This document shows positions 24,771 to 38,719 of a DNA stretch of 64,000 bases, in pieces. The notes beneath the pieces were generated by a model. That model was not told the DNA's origin. It saw only the letters and a program-made list of their open reading frames with translations, and did no database searches. How positions within the stretch are numbered: the stretch's first letter is position 1; each line of letters opens with the position of its first letter. The DNA lies in NCBI GenBank assembly GCA_951406725.2, contig OX597816.1:34038001-34102000 (forward strand), read 5' to 3'. This DNA comes from Octopus vulgaris (taxonomy: Eukaryota). Made by a program: the position numbers and the translations under genes.

Positions 24771-26731
24771 TTCCAACAATGCAGAAAGTTTTTGAAACCT
24801 TTTACATTTTGGGTGCAAAGGCCTATCTTCAGAAGAATGCATTCAAAGAAATGTGCGTTTCCATTGTTCCTACCATTTAGGATAGCTGGACTGCCGTTTA
24901 GCCGTTTTAGCCTTGTGTTGTGGTAGCAGTTACAGTTCATGCTGGTGTTGTTGGTGCCGTAGTGGCCACGTTTATGACGGTGGTGCTTGAAACAGTGATG
25001 GAAGGTAGTTTGTCATTTGGCATCAGTGGGGTGGTGAAGGCAGTAGTAGTAGTAGTAGTAGTAGCAGCAGCAGCAGTAGCAGTAACAGCAGTAGTAGTAG
25101 TACTAGTATTACTTGTTTATATCGGTGTTGCAGTATATGTTATTCTAGTTTGGCAACATCTTCATTTCGGATACTATCTGACTGCGCGCAGCATTCGACT
25201 GTCTTCTCCATCAGTTTTGTGTCGACCGGAAACGTATGAGAAAGGACGTTTCTGGTCTTGGGTGGTAGATCTATATGTAACTGGTTGAAAACAATCTGTT
25301 AATAAGCGGTTGCTTGTAAATGAAACCGCTTGCTGCTAATTTTCGGGACGATTCTTTGATCTAAGAAGAGCTTCCCCCTTTCCCTTTTATTCGTTATAGA
25401 AGCTTAGACAAACGTCACGTGCATTAAGCTTCCATTTCTGACGGAACTATCAAAGTAGTTAACTTATAGTCGCAATTATTAAAATGTTGCTGCTACGTTT
25501 CTACTTTCGTCATAGACATACACTTTGTATATACCTTAAATCAGTAAACATGAATGGCATTACTATATTTAACTCTGATATATGACTCACTACCATGTGT
25601 CTCAGTGACATATGACTAACTGTCTCTGTAATCCTTCTCTTATTGACTAGGCAGTAACTATAGTATTAAGCACACACATAGATACTCACAGATACCTCTA
25701 AACATTGGCGTGCATATACTTATACACACATCACCTGTACACTTTCTGTCCCGTTTTCTCATTCCTCATTCCACCCTCTATATACTCAGTAAATATTTAA
25801 TTTATTTGTTACTACATTTCTTTTGTTACTTATGAACCTGGAAAAGTTCGATTCATAAAATACCTACTCTTAAAAATCAGCTTTAACAAATAGACAGAGA
25901 ATAAGAAGAGTGAACAAATATATAATACAAAGCTGGCCATAGCTATATAGTATGTGGAATACTAATAAAAATAATACGAAACAAAAACACATTTGTATAA
26001 GCATGGGATTATCTTTTTGTATTAACAATTAGTGAGCGTCAAGATTTTATATCTTTTAATCAGTACAAGTGCTATGTATTATTAACATACGCTAAATCGC
26101 CGTAGCACACACTTAAATATATTGAAACACAAACACGCTCGCGCGCACATAAATACTTATATGAATAAATATAAGTACATGGAGTATGATACCTCGCATA
26201 TATATAAAGGTAATGAAAAGTTATAGAAGTGAACTCTTTTCAAGAAACAACCGCGTAGGGCTCATTTTATAGAGCCCTTATATTAAAGTTTTAATTTGAA
26301 AGAGACAAGTTCCAAGATCAATAATACTCCTCATCGACGCCGACACATATCTAAACAGAGAGGGTATATATAAACTATTATAAGCATGCGAACACATAAC
26401 ATACAAAAACATATTATAGCATAATTATACTATTATATATACATATAATAGTATAATTCCGTACCCAAATCGAAGTTGGATAAGTGATTGCATAAATACA
26501 TACAGATAAATTAAGAAGTCCAAGCTAATGAGATAAGAGTTCCCAATAATCCAAAAAACGAAGTTCTCAAGTGAATCAAATAAGTGGAAAGAATTTTACG
26601 GCAGTTTCCGGGAATGTGCGAAGAAGTGTGTTGGTAAGATCTTTTAAACTTCAGTAATCCACGTTTCCTTCACCAGAGAATATGTACGGATTTAGAATTT
26701 TTATACAAAATCATAAAATTACTACTTTAAC

Positions 26732-26985
<254 letters not shown>

Positions 26986-27080
26986 GTATGTATATATATA
27001 TATATTTATATATATATGCATATATGTATATATATATATGTATATACATATATATATATATGAGTGTGTGTGTGTACATA

Positions 27081-27260
27081 GGCGTAGGCGTGTCTGTATT
27101 GTAAGAAACTTGCTTTCCCCACACCTGATTCGGTGTTCAGTCGCACTGTGTGGCACTTTGGGCAAGTGTTTTCTGCTGTAGCCACCGGCCGACGAAATCC
27201 TTCTGAGTGGTTTCGGTAAACAGAAACTGAAAGAAGCCTGTCGTATGTACATGTGTATAT

Positions 27261-27297
<37 letters not shown>

Positions 27298-27342
27298 TGC
27301 ATGAGTGTGTGTGCATTTGTGTGTCTGTGTTTATTCCTTCAC
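27081..27342 (+). mobile_element. SINE family A, 5' half
   Basis: GGCGTAGGCGTG...GGCAAGTG...GAAACTGAAAGAAGCCTGTCGTAT. Confidence 0.8.
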
Positions 27343-28403
27343 CGTAATTAGACTGCTCCTTACTGTTGGCTTTCTTTGATATCCGATCTGCTATTTCCTC
27401 CGTACTAGGTGTAGTTCATTATATAACATCATCCTTTTTAAGCACCTTATTGATAGGTAGTACTCTACTTTTATTAAAGTTAGAGCTTAGTATTAAATTG
27501 CTATCGTACCCTCCCCCAAATTTCAAAAGATATGCACTGAATAACCCTAAGTTCTGTGTATCTCTCTCCTCATCCCCTTGCCATTTAGCATTAGCTACAG
27601 ATTCCTATACCCCGACCCTATGCCTAATTCGCTTGTATGATTTTATTTTTCTTCAGCCTTACTTTTGATTCATTTGTTCTTCCTTTCTTTAGCCTTAATT
27701 TATATCGTGACTTCTCCTTGCTTCCAACTGATCTAAGCCTACTATAATAAATTATCACCTACACCCCATTCCACTCTACCTATGAACTAATCTAGCCGAC
27801 TCCTATCTAACCCGGGTCGCTGGTCTTAGATATAATTCTACAGACTTTCAAGAACTACATTCTTAACCTCAAAAGCCCAACTTAATTGGTCATTCTTCCA
27901 TCTCATATTTGGCCTCGAAAGACTTCAACAACTTCCCTGCTGTATTATTGTAATATTCTTTGTTAACTTACTTCTCATCTGATAATTACGGTCTCTTTTT
28001 ATGGAGTTATGATCTATTAAACATTTACTCAATAACAGTTATATTGAGCTGGCAGTGATCCATCGTATATTATTACTCATTTGTCTATATTACACCAAGT
28101 GAATTTACAACTTGTCGGACACCCTACAGTATACCAACAACGTACTATTCAAAGTAACGCGTGATTTGGGCCAACCCTTAGGCGCTAAACACTCATAGGG
28201 CTGGTTTTCTCTGTGTAAACAACTGAAATATCGTATTTGATACTCACAAACCATAGGCCGGATTCACAGAGATTATTCAACCCTAATTGGCGCATATCTT
28301 TTCAAGTACTTGATTCTATTTGAATCCATATATATATTTTTTTTTTTCAAGTACCCCATTCGATCCGAATCCATATTTTACTATATATATATATATATAC
28401 AAA

Positions 28404-29113
28404 TTATAAACAAGGGCAAAAGAAAAAAAATTCTAATGCCAAATATGCCGAAAATAGACAAATCGTCAATAACCAAATAATTTATCACTATAAGCACGCG
28501 TCTCGAAGTAAGCCGACATAATTTTTTTTAAATTCCGTTGTTATCGTATCGTTCCCAATTTCAGAGTTAATTCATATGAATTGTCTCTTTCTCAGCGATA
28601 AATACTGTAAAAACCAAATACAATACTTACTTATACCCATGGAGAAAGCAAACACTAAGTCATGAGCACACTTAAGGACCCCAAATATATACAAAATAGA
28701 AATTCTCCAGCATACCTCGAGGCACGTACCGATTGGCCTGAAAACTCTCATAGAGTGAGAGAGTCTGGAAGTGAACACTATTAAATTTACATCTAATAGA
28801 GGCGTGCCGGAGAATTTCTATTTTGGATATATTTGGAGTACTTAAGTGTTTTCATGACTTAGTGTTTGCTTCTTCAATGGGTATAAATACGTATTCATTT
28901 GACTTTTACCGTATTTATCGCTGACGAGAGAAAATTCTTATGAATTAACTCTGAAATTGGGACCGATACGATAATAACGGAATTTTTTAGAAACTTCCAT
29001 CGGCTTATTTCGAGACGCGTGCTTATAGTGATAAATTATATGGTTAATGATGATTTGTCTATTTTCGGCATATTTGGCATTAGAATTTCTTTTTCTTTTG
29101 CCCATTTTTATAA
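28404..29113. mobile_element. Inverted-repeat pLTR-like cassette (~315-bp arms, ~80-bp spacer) next to (TA)n
   Basis: 28404-28718 is a diverged reverse complement of 28799-29113; right arm has ATTTATCG-CTGACGA...GAGACGCGT...TA-GTGATAAAT. Confidence 0.8.
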
Positions 29114-32100
29114 GTTGTTTATAAATTTAACTTTTAAAGATATTTTTAATATGCTGACCATTGATAGAATTTTTTTCGAAAACTTTTATCCTATATTAGA
29201 TGTATATACATATATATGTATGTATGTATGTATATGTATGTTTTTGCTTAAGTATTTGTGTGTATGTATGTGCGTAAGTATTATGATGAGGAACATATTC
29301 TGAGTATAATTAATATAGCAGTTTCTTATCTGTTGTAATATTCCATTTTAGAGGTACTTAGGCACTGATTAGCTTCCATTCGCACACCATTCAGGAGATG
29401 GGTATTTTTGTCATAGAATTCTTCGGTCCCACATTTTCTGGGTTTTTGTTAAAATGTGCACTAAATTGATATTAGCGAAATGCGTGCATGGTTTTATACA
29501 AACCGTCACCACAATAACCATATCACAGTTTGGCTTCCTCAATTAGTTAACTTGTTCTCATTGTAGTTATTCTAATATTTCTTAATTCATTGAGAAGCCA
29601 AACTACTGACAGTGGAAATGAGTAGAGAATATGAAATTATTAGATGAAATTATGCACAGTGGTCATCCTTGAGTTATGTCCGCTATATTGATACAATTTG
29701 TGAACATTTGTCGAATCAATATCTTTCACGTGTGACAAAATGCAATTTACTATATAGAACTGATTCTTCCTCCTATCAGGAGATGGCGACGTAATAAGCT
29801 CAATGCCATTTGAAACATATAGCATGCTTACCGGTTGCCTTTCATTGGTTATCCTTTTTTTTTTGCTGTGGATATTCTACATATATTTTAAGAAATACAT
29901 GAAAAAGAAACCATATGTTTGAATTGAAATACAGTTTTGAGTCTGCAACAAAAAAAAAACATCCTATCTTCTTGAAAGTTGAAGTGGGATTATGACAATA
30001 AATGCAGATATGTTAGATATATCATCAGCATATTTAATAAGCTGCTGCACTTTGACAATTTCATGTAATGGACATGACAAAACCAGCTTTTATGATAGCT
30101 TATGTTTTGTCATCTTGAATTTACATCATAACACAAATAGGCTTCTACTTGACTTTATTGCTAAGGCACGTTCCGGTTGTGATGCTTGGTTTCGTGCAAT
30201 TGACAAGTACAGCGTAACATAATGAATAGCTATAAATCATTAGCTGTTCTTTTATAATGATCATGGCGTCTCTGACACAATCACACAGTCTCAGCAACAA
30301 TATGGAAAAATAAGATAAAATAACGTAAATGGCTACCTAGTCTAAGGACCGGCATTCCAGTTATTATAAAGGATCTGGAAATAGAAAAAGATATTCACTC
30401 GTTCGTTTCATACAAATGAATGACTGTCGGAACATTCTTTATTTCACATGTATCTTTCAGAACTTCAAATACGCAACCTCATAAACTGAAATGTTTTAGA
30501 TATATAGACAACAAACCACTCAGGGTTGCATATGATAAACTTGACTTCCAAAACACATTACAAAAGCATTTCAATACATTTGGACGTGCAGCAAAAAGGA
30601 ATATTTCACCATATCTAACTTAAGCAACAAAATTGGTTTGACGGAGAGAAATAGGAAGTTTAGTTTCAATCATACAATACATAAGAAATAGATATCTGAT
30701 GAATACTGCAAATACAGAGTCGTTATATTTGAGTTACCATGTCAGTACTAAAGCCTTTATGAGGTATAGCAAAAATTTACGGACCGCACACTTGCAGTTC
30801 TACTCTCTTGACGACACAGGCATTCCCTTGGACTCATGACAGTTGACAAAGTGAAACATCCAGCAGACGACGGTTGATGGGAAAGAGTACTGGAGCAGCA
30901 CTCACCTATCCATTACTGCTGAGTAATCTGGAACAACGAGAAATATAATCTTACTGGACGATACGGTTCGCTTGTCATTCTAAGCAGTAAAGACTCTATG
31001 CAATGATCATATTCTAAGCATTTTCCTATGCAACATCACACACTTCGTACACACAGACATATAATTTTTCTCTAAAGCGCAAAGCCGGAGCTGTGTGCGA
31101 TGTGTTATTGAAACTGATGTTCGCAGCAATGTAGAAAAGGTAAATTAATTTTTGTGGAAATTGTAACATAAAAGAAACGTGCTTAGTTTTAGCTGTGTTA
31201 CTTATTTCCTTGGAGAAGACAAAATATGTACTATATTTTATGGCAGATGTTTGGAATTATTTCACAGGGCTTCTTTTACTGCTACAATTTGTACTGTAAT
31301 TACCGGTGTAATTGATGGGGAAATTGGAATTGATATAATAAATGGAGCTGATACAATGTTATTCAACATTATATTTACTTTATTATTTAACTTACCTTAA
31401 AGCTGTCAGTTGTAACATATATAATGTCTAAAGTAATTTATGATTGTGGTCACTATGTATAAAACAACTTGTCCTATGCACAGTGTAGCTCATTTAAACT
31501 GATCGAGTTCCCTAATACTCAGTAATACCGATATATTTGTGTTAAGCATCCATAAAATTTTCATAAGATTCTTAACTTTCTTAATCTTTATAGCCTTATA
31601 ATTTCATCATTTATAAATAATCATAGAATGACTCTCTTTGTTCTTTTCAATATTTCGAGTATTCTAGTGGCACCCAATACGAATTCGGATATATGTTATA
31701 TAAACTGGAATTTTTTTTTATTACTGAAAGTAGGTTTCGGCTTTGAGTTTCTCGTGTTTTCCGGTTCAATTCTGCGTAATTCAAAATTCATGCATTCAGA
31801 TTTAAGATATTTGCTAGGAATATGATAACTGATATTGTCTCACTTCAGTTTCATCAACTCTTGAAAAATAAATGGTGATCGGAGGGAAATGCACTCAAAT
31901 CATACAACGCCGATGCAAAACACATGAAGCGTGTTGTTCTAAGAATTATAGTAATATCTCTTACAATACATCACTAAATTTTACAGTTTCTTTCTTCAAG
32001 CATTTCAAATATAAGATTATAACAGAACTGGGGAATATCATAAATAAATTATTTATTACCGATAACTACATTTTTGTTTATTGGCCAATGCTTAGTTAGT

Positions 32101-35100
32101 TCCAGCAATATCTAAGTCATTCCATACCAAGAAATGTTATTACCTACTTCAGTACTTCCTAGAAAAACGTGGTGATGAATTTACCACCAACTTTGTTACT
32201 GTGAAATGAAACCAACTGAGAGGGAGGAAGAGACGAAAAAATTGTCGAATTGAGTAGATTATCGGTAAATTATGTTGTCTATTCTAGTAAGACGAAAGAC
32301 AGAGCGTTAGAACGAATAAAATAAGGCCTTCTAGGCGATACTCCAATGACTGTTATTAGATCTTGTATATGTTGTTTAAATACCAGTTATATATCATACA
32401 ACTCTGGTGCTTAATGAATTATATTGAAAGATGGAAAATATTGATTGAAGGATTATATTAGCGAATGCATCGAGTTCAAATATTTATAAATGAAATGGGT
32501 ATTATCATGGTCTTTACTTTTATTCGCATCTTATTTGGAATAATCAATTGCTTATTCCTTCCCGAACAATATCGTTTGTTTAAATGATAGAAGTCACTAT
32601 AATTTCGACTGTTCATGTCATACTTAAATGAGAAAAAGCTTTTCTTGATATTTTTCAGTTTGAGGGAAATAGTGATTCTTAGGACAAAGACCTGACCTGA
32701 ATGGTTGAAATAAAAAGAATACACTTAGTGCCCTCATGGGTCACGTGGTATATTTTAACAAGTAGGTGATGCATTAAGTCTTTGTCACGCTGGTGGTATT
32801 TAAATGTTGGATGCTGTTGCAAAAAAAATTATATCTACCGTCTATGAAAAAGAGCGGTCTACTTCATTGGTGTCCACACATTTTCCATTTGCTTATACAA
32901 GTTTCGCTGCGTTTTGTTTTCATGGAAATCCGAGGCTGTGATGGAGGGCGCTCGCCTTATACCACACTTACAGAAGCTGCGATACAGTGATATTGGACTC
33001 GAAAGTACACTAGTCGAAATGAACGTCTTAAGAGCAACACCACCTGTGTATATAGATATAGCAGCCAAGCCCTGCTATTATCCCACATTTTTGTTTTATA
33101 TACACGTAGATCTCCTACATGTCTGGAGAGCCTTTGACTTTCAACTCTGGGGTTAAACACTAAGAGCAACAACAAAAAAGCGATAACAACAGCAATGAAA
33201 TTCTAGAATTGTATCAAAACATATTTTACAATTTTTCTTAGATGCTTAATTGCCATGAGTAAGTAATTTGAATGATTTGTATATGATTCTTGTGATATTT
33301 TCAACAAGTCGTCTGTAAAAAATAATTATTGTTATAGCATCCATTATTTTATGCACTTATAATGAAATGTCTGTTAAATGTGGAAATGGATAATGATTAA
33401 TTCTTTGATTTTTCTCGTATATTGCCTAAAATCCTCTCCTTTGCAACGACGCACTTCACATAACAACTAAAGGCATTAAGAATCCTGCAAAGTAATCCAT
33501 ATTGATCTGCTACAAATACGAAATCTAAATGCTTTTCTATTAACAATAACTGCGTTTTTTATTTTCCCCGTTGGAAAACATTTTGAATTCTTAATAGGAA
33601 GAAAACAAATCAAAAAATGATAAGTCATCCTACTCAACAGTAAAACATAAAAAAGCATTAGCTAAATCACATTTATTCGTAAAGAAATAAACATTAGATT
33701 GTAAAGGAACAACAACTGAAAAAATATACTTAAATGTGTCGTTCCATTGCCTGCGATAGTAAACATATAAGATTAAGAGTGCACTAAGCAAGGAAACAAA
33801 ATAATCCAGTAATAACATTTCACAAACTAAAGCATTCTTGTCATGTTGCCTTTAAAACGTTGTCTCGTGAGAGTCAACAAGGCGTCCATTTTTTTCTCTT
33901 AAATATATCGATAAATACATATATGGGATTTCAGTTAGGGTGATCTTGCAAAATTTATTGCAAAAAATACTATTCGACGTGTGACATGATTTTATATAGC
34001 AGGCATATTTTTATGTGAAAATTGACTCTTTGTAAGGAAAATGCATAAATAAATAAATAAACAAATAAATATATATATATATAAATAAATAAATGCATTT
34101 GCAAAAGTTCAGCTGCTACCTCTCTTTCCCGGTTTGGTATAATGGTTGTAAGTTTATCATTTTAACCATTGTCGTATATTGACAGATTCTATGAAGTCAA
34201 TATTTGTTACTACTACATCGAAGTTGCCAAAACTTATTGGTAGAGAGAAAATAGGTGGATGTTGTTCAGTATATCATTCTTTGCATCAGTGATGTTCTAA
34301 AGCATATGACTCGCAGAATAACAAAAGTCACTTTAATATCGATAAAAATGTTTACAAGTACCATGATATTCTCTTTATTTATTTATTTATTTACTTTCTT
34401 CCTTTATTTATTTATTAATTTATTCACTTATTTCTGTTTCAATATACATACATGCATGCACGGTAACATGCACACACTCACACACAGACTCACAGACACA
34501 CACACATATTTATATATAATCATTTAAAAGGCTTACAGGGTATTATAAACGCAAAGTGATTGATATTTTCTATTTGTTGAAATAACTGCTAGACAGCAAA
34601 TGGTAAGCACCTACTAAGCAACACTAAGAGGAGAACGGAATTCTCCACCTTTGTCTTTTATCCACACATACACAGTAGCTCTTTGTTCAAGAAAGGAATA
34701 GACATCACTCTATCTAAAACCCAAATTTAAAAGCTGTAAAATTTGTGTGAAAACAAAGTGAAAGAATATATGTTGGTCAAATAGGAAGCAATAGTAAATA
34801 AATACAAATTCACAACCGCTACTAAGCGCGAATTTAATATTAACATATAGTAGGTTTCTCATATTTAATTTAATATTTAATTTAATAACAGCATATAGTA
34901 GGTTTCCCATATAGTTAAAGTCAGACAATTGTATTCCAGGTAAGAAGCCATTTATTAAACAATATTCGATTAAACTTTCAGAGTAATTCCTTAGCATAAA
35001 TAGTACCTTTAAATCCACCGTCAAGAAAAATCCGTGTCGTCGATTATTTCGATTCCTCTAAATCGTTTATACCAAAAGATCGAGAATGTATTCATTTATG

Positions 35101-35131
35101 AATTCATGCAACCCTTCTTTACTAATTATAA

Positions 35132-35392
35132 TATAAAAAATAAATGCGCCCTTTTAAAGCCTAGCCAGGCTCATGGGCCCGGTTTCCAGATTTATATGGC
35201 GTATATGTTCCCCAGCTGGATGGGACGCCAATCCATCGCAGCGTTACTCATTTTTGCCAGCTGAGAGAACTGGAGCAGCGTGAAATGACGTGTTTTGCTG
35301 CAGAACAAAACGCGTCGCCCGGTCCAGGAATGGAAACCACAATCTTACTATCAAGATGCTGACACCTTAACCACTAAGCCACGTGCCTCCAC
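35132..35392 (-). mobile_element. tRNA-derived SINE (family D)
   Basis: Reverse-complement head GGAGGCACGTGGCTTAGTGGTTAAGGTG...GTGGTTTCCATTCC, followed by a SINE body. Confidence 0.8.
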
Positions 35393-36924
35393 TTTACTAA
35401 ATATACGGTTGTACGTATCCCGATTAAGTCTTACTATCACAGAAATAAATTATTATTTACAAATAATGCATTTCTTCCCTTAAATTCACCTCTTCATCTC
35501 TTTCCATTTCGTTTAAAATAAAAATGCCCATAGAAAGAAACATATATCTTTGTACCATTAAAATTTTTATATCTTTCGGGTTTGGGAAAATTCTACTTCC
35601 GAGGATGCTTACAATCTTTTGTGTAGCATTTTATCACAAATATACCCTGTCAAATCATATAAATATGGAAGCTTAACATGATTCGTAGTAAACAGATACT
35701 TGTTAGTTTCATCATGTTATAGTATCTCATCCTCATCGGAATCAAAACAGAAGCAAAGAGACTTTAATTATATTTCTGCTTAGAAAATCTAAATTCCCAA
35801 TACCCTTATATAGATGAAATGTTGTATAATGTGAGAATAATCATAAAAGAAAATGTTGTTAGAAGGAAAGTGATTTCCTGAACAAAGGAATATAATTTAA
35901 ATTCTCACTTGAATTCATATTACCTTATGCAATCATAATGGAAAAGCATTGGTACACCACTTATGAAAAAAAAATTTCGTAGATGTTATGTACCATAGTA
36001 AAACTAAGGGGAATTTAAAGTATCATTTTACTTAATGTGACGAGCACATACATGTTAACGTAACGAGACTATACCTGCATCTAAAAGAGGTGAAATTGTC
36101 AAAAAATTATCGACTCACAATCTGGAGAAAGAGCTAAAAATCATGCAGCTACATATGTAGCCAGGTATTATTAATAAGAATAATTAGTGCTATTTGTCTT
36201 TCGAAGGCCCATTATTTATGTAACTTCATTTTCGATCACATAACATATATAAGCTTATTTTCCGTGTCATGATGAAAACAAATGTAAAACATGTTTTATT
36301 TCTAAAGGTTCGAATCGCGCTTCAAAGGGATAGCAGTACTATCACCTTCTAGACGACTCATCGAGAAACCAGTTCCTACGTATGGATGACGCTCCCAGAA
36401 ACAAGCCGCTGCTTTCGTTAAACTAAGAAGCTACTGCAAATTGTACGGAAAAACAACTATGTTTAGTTCCAGAAATTGCTCTCTTAAACATCGTTGCTGC
36501 GAGTTTGTGAGATTTGTATTGCAGTGCATAACACATTGCTCATTTCAATTTGATAGACTACAACACCAGGATATCATTGAGAATTTTCATTTCTACTTAG
36601 GAATAGCTCTCAGCGAAATCTGCATCTACTCACATCTTGCCGTTACCCAAATATTATATAAAATCGGAGCCTATGAAACAAATATCCTGTCAGAGCTATA
36701 GCGTCTTCCATCAAATGAGATTCTGAATCATAGCTGACCATGTGACGTGAAGAAATACACTAAACAAAAATAAACTAAAGTAATGAAATAACTGGATATG
36801 GATATGTGTATACATACATACATACAAAAATTCCCTGTTGTTGATGTTAAAATTCCAGTGAAGATCCCTTGGATCTAAAGTTAGAAACCGATTCTTTCCC
36901 TATTAGCAAGAAATATATATATAT

Positions 36925-37236
36925 TACGGAGATGTACTTGCATAGCAAGTGACTTGCTCTGAGATCGTGTGCTGGAACGAAAACAATTGCAGCGTGGACG
37001 GTGTTTATAAGCCATTTAAGAAACACACAAAACCGTTAGATTCACTTCAACATTTAAATTTAATTTGTCAAAATATTTTCGTCGCTTTGAGATGCAGCAC
37101 GAAGCTTTGTCAGTGAACAGGTCGCGGTGTCAAAGCGACGAAAATATTTTGACAAATTAAATTTAAATGTTGAAGTGAATCTAACGGTTATGTGTGTTTC
37201 TTAAATGGCTTATAAACACCTTCCACGCTGCAATTG
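36925..37236. mobile_element. (TA)n-flanked fold-back pLTR-like cassette
   Basis: 36984-37091 is a near-perfect reverse complement of 37129-37236; a second family member lies at 45916-46058. Confidence 0.88.
37107..37155 (+). ncRNA. Hammerhead-like motif with G3-C8 core (GUGAACA)
   Basis: TTGTCA-GTGAACA-G-GTCGC-ggtgtcaaa-GCGAC-GAAA-ATAT-TT-TGACAA. Confidence 0.7.
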
Positions 37237-37237
37237 C

Positions 37238-37318
<81 letters not shown>

Positions 37319-37548
37319 GTATGTATGTATATATTAGAGTATGTGCCTATATAAATAGGGTTAAAGTTTTAACAAGCTTCCTTCACAATCACGTTTTTTG
37401 TTTCAGTCCTCAGAGCTGGATGTTGAAGTAGTGTCACATAACAACGTTTGTTTGCAATAAGTTAATGGGTTTGTGCACAAAAACTTAATGTAAACAAACA
37501 TGTCAGAAGTGTTTTACTTGTATTTCATGAGGAGTGAACGGCCAAATA

Positions 37549-38061
37549 TTATTTTCTACTTTAGGCACAAGGCCCGAAAATGTTGGGAAGGGGGCCAGTC
37601 GATTAGATCGACTCCAGTACGTAACTGGTATTCAATTTATCGACACTGAAATGATGAAAAGCAAAGTCGACTCCGGCGGAATTTGAACTCAGAACGTAAA
37701 CCCAGATGAAATATCGCTAAGTATTTAGAGCGTGCCAATTTAAGAGATCGATGTTTTTCTTCCATTATCAGATTGAAATCTCTGATTATAAATAATTAGT
37801 CACTTTCATACTAATGCTTCTGCCAGCTGGCCGCATTAAAATAATCTTTTCTACTGTAGGCACAAGGCCTGACATTTTGAGGGAGGGGGTAAGTCGATTT
37901 CATCGACCGCAGTACTTCACTAGTACTTAATTTATCGGCTTTGAAATGATGAAAGATAAAGTTGATCACGGGGGATTTTGAACTCAGTTACGTAGCAGCA
38001 CTCGTAATACCACTAAGTATTTCGCCCGGTGTACTAACAATCCAGGCAGCTCGTCGCCTTT
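37549..38061 (-). mobile_element. Two tandem SINE family B copies
   Basis: 37549-37836 (containing an 87-bp foreign insert) and 37843-38061. Confidence 0.85.
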
Positions 38062-38306
38062 GAACGGTCTAATATTGAGATACATTGATTCTTCTGAAAT
38101 TAGCTTTAAGGATACGCGTCCTTCAGTAATATTCTGCAATTTAGATGCTAATGTAACGAATGGGTGAGTTAATAATTCAGATACTCGTCATGAAGGAAAC
38201 ACAAACACATACATATGTCTGTGCCTTACATATGCATTTGTACATATATCGAAATAATGAAAAAAATAAGACAACTATGGTAAACTATATAAAATATACT
38301 TAGACA

Positions 38307-38719
38307 GGCGCAGGAGTGGCTGTGTGGTAAGTAGCTTGCTTACCAACCACATGGTTCCGGGTTCAGTCCCACTGCGTGGCACCTTGGGCAAGTGTCTTCT
38401 ACTATAGCCTCGGGCCGACCAAAGCCTTGTGAGTGAATTTGGTTGACGGAAACTGAACTGAAAGAAGCCCGTCGTATATATGTGTGTTTGTGTGTGTGTG
38501 TTTGTGTGTGTGTGTTTGTCCCCCTAGCATTGCTTGACAACCGATGCTGGTGTGTTTATGTCCCCGTTACTTAGCGGTTCGGCAAAAGAGATCGATAGAA
38601 TAAGTACTGGGCTTACAAAAGAATAAGTCTCGGGGTCGAGTTGCTCGATTAAAGGCGGTGCTCCAGCATGGCCGCAGTCAAATGACTGAAACAAGTAAAA
38701 GAGTAAAAGAATAAAGAGA
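38307..38719 (+). mobile_element. SINE family A, full length
   Basis: GGCGCAGGAGTGGCTGTGTGGTAAG (A box), GGTTCCGGGTTCAGTCCC (B box), central (TG)n, AGTAAAAG tail. Confidence 0.95.

Noticed and set aside
27357-28190. Strand-skewed segments that may be old LINE remnants (also ~40910-41830)
   Set aside because: No RT or endonuclease motif could be read with confidence.
29600-30250. Possible very old hAT remnants (also ~12640-13260)
   Set aside because: Only faint motif traces; a profile search would be needed.
32972-33043. Possible minus-strand exon (CAG|GTGGTG...GCTTCT|GTAAGT)
   Set aside because: Weak polypyrimidine tract, no recognisable peptide and no partner exons.
33630-33818. Hydrophobic N-terminus resembling a cytochrome P450 anchor (MLLLDYFVSLLSALLILYVYYRR)
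   Set aside because: No proline-rich hinge, convincing donor site or downstream exons; such peptides arise by chance in AT-rich DNA.
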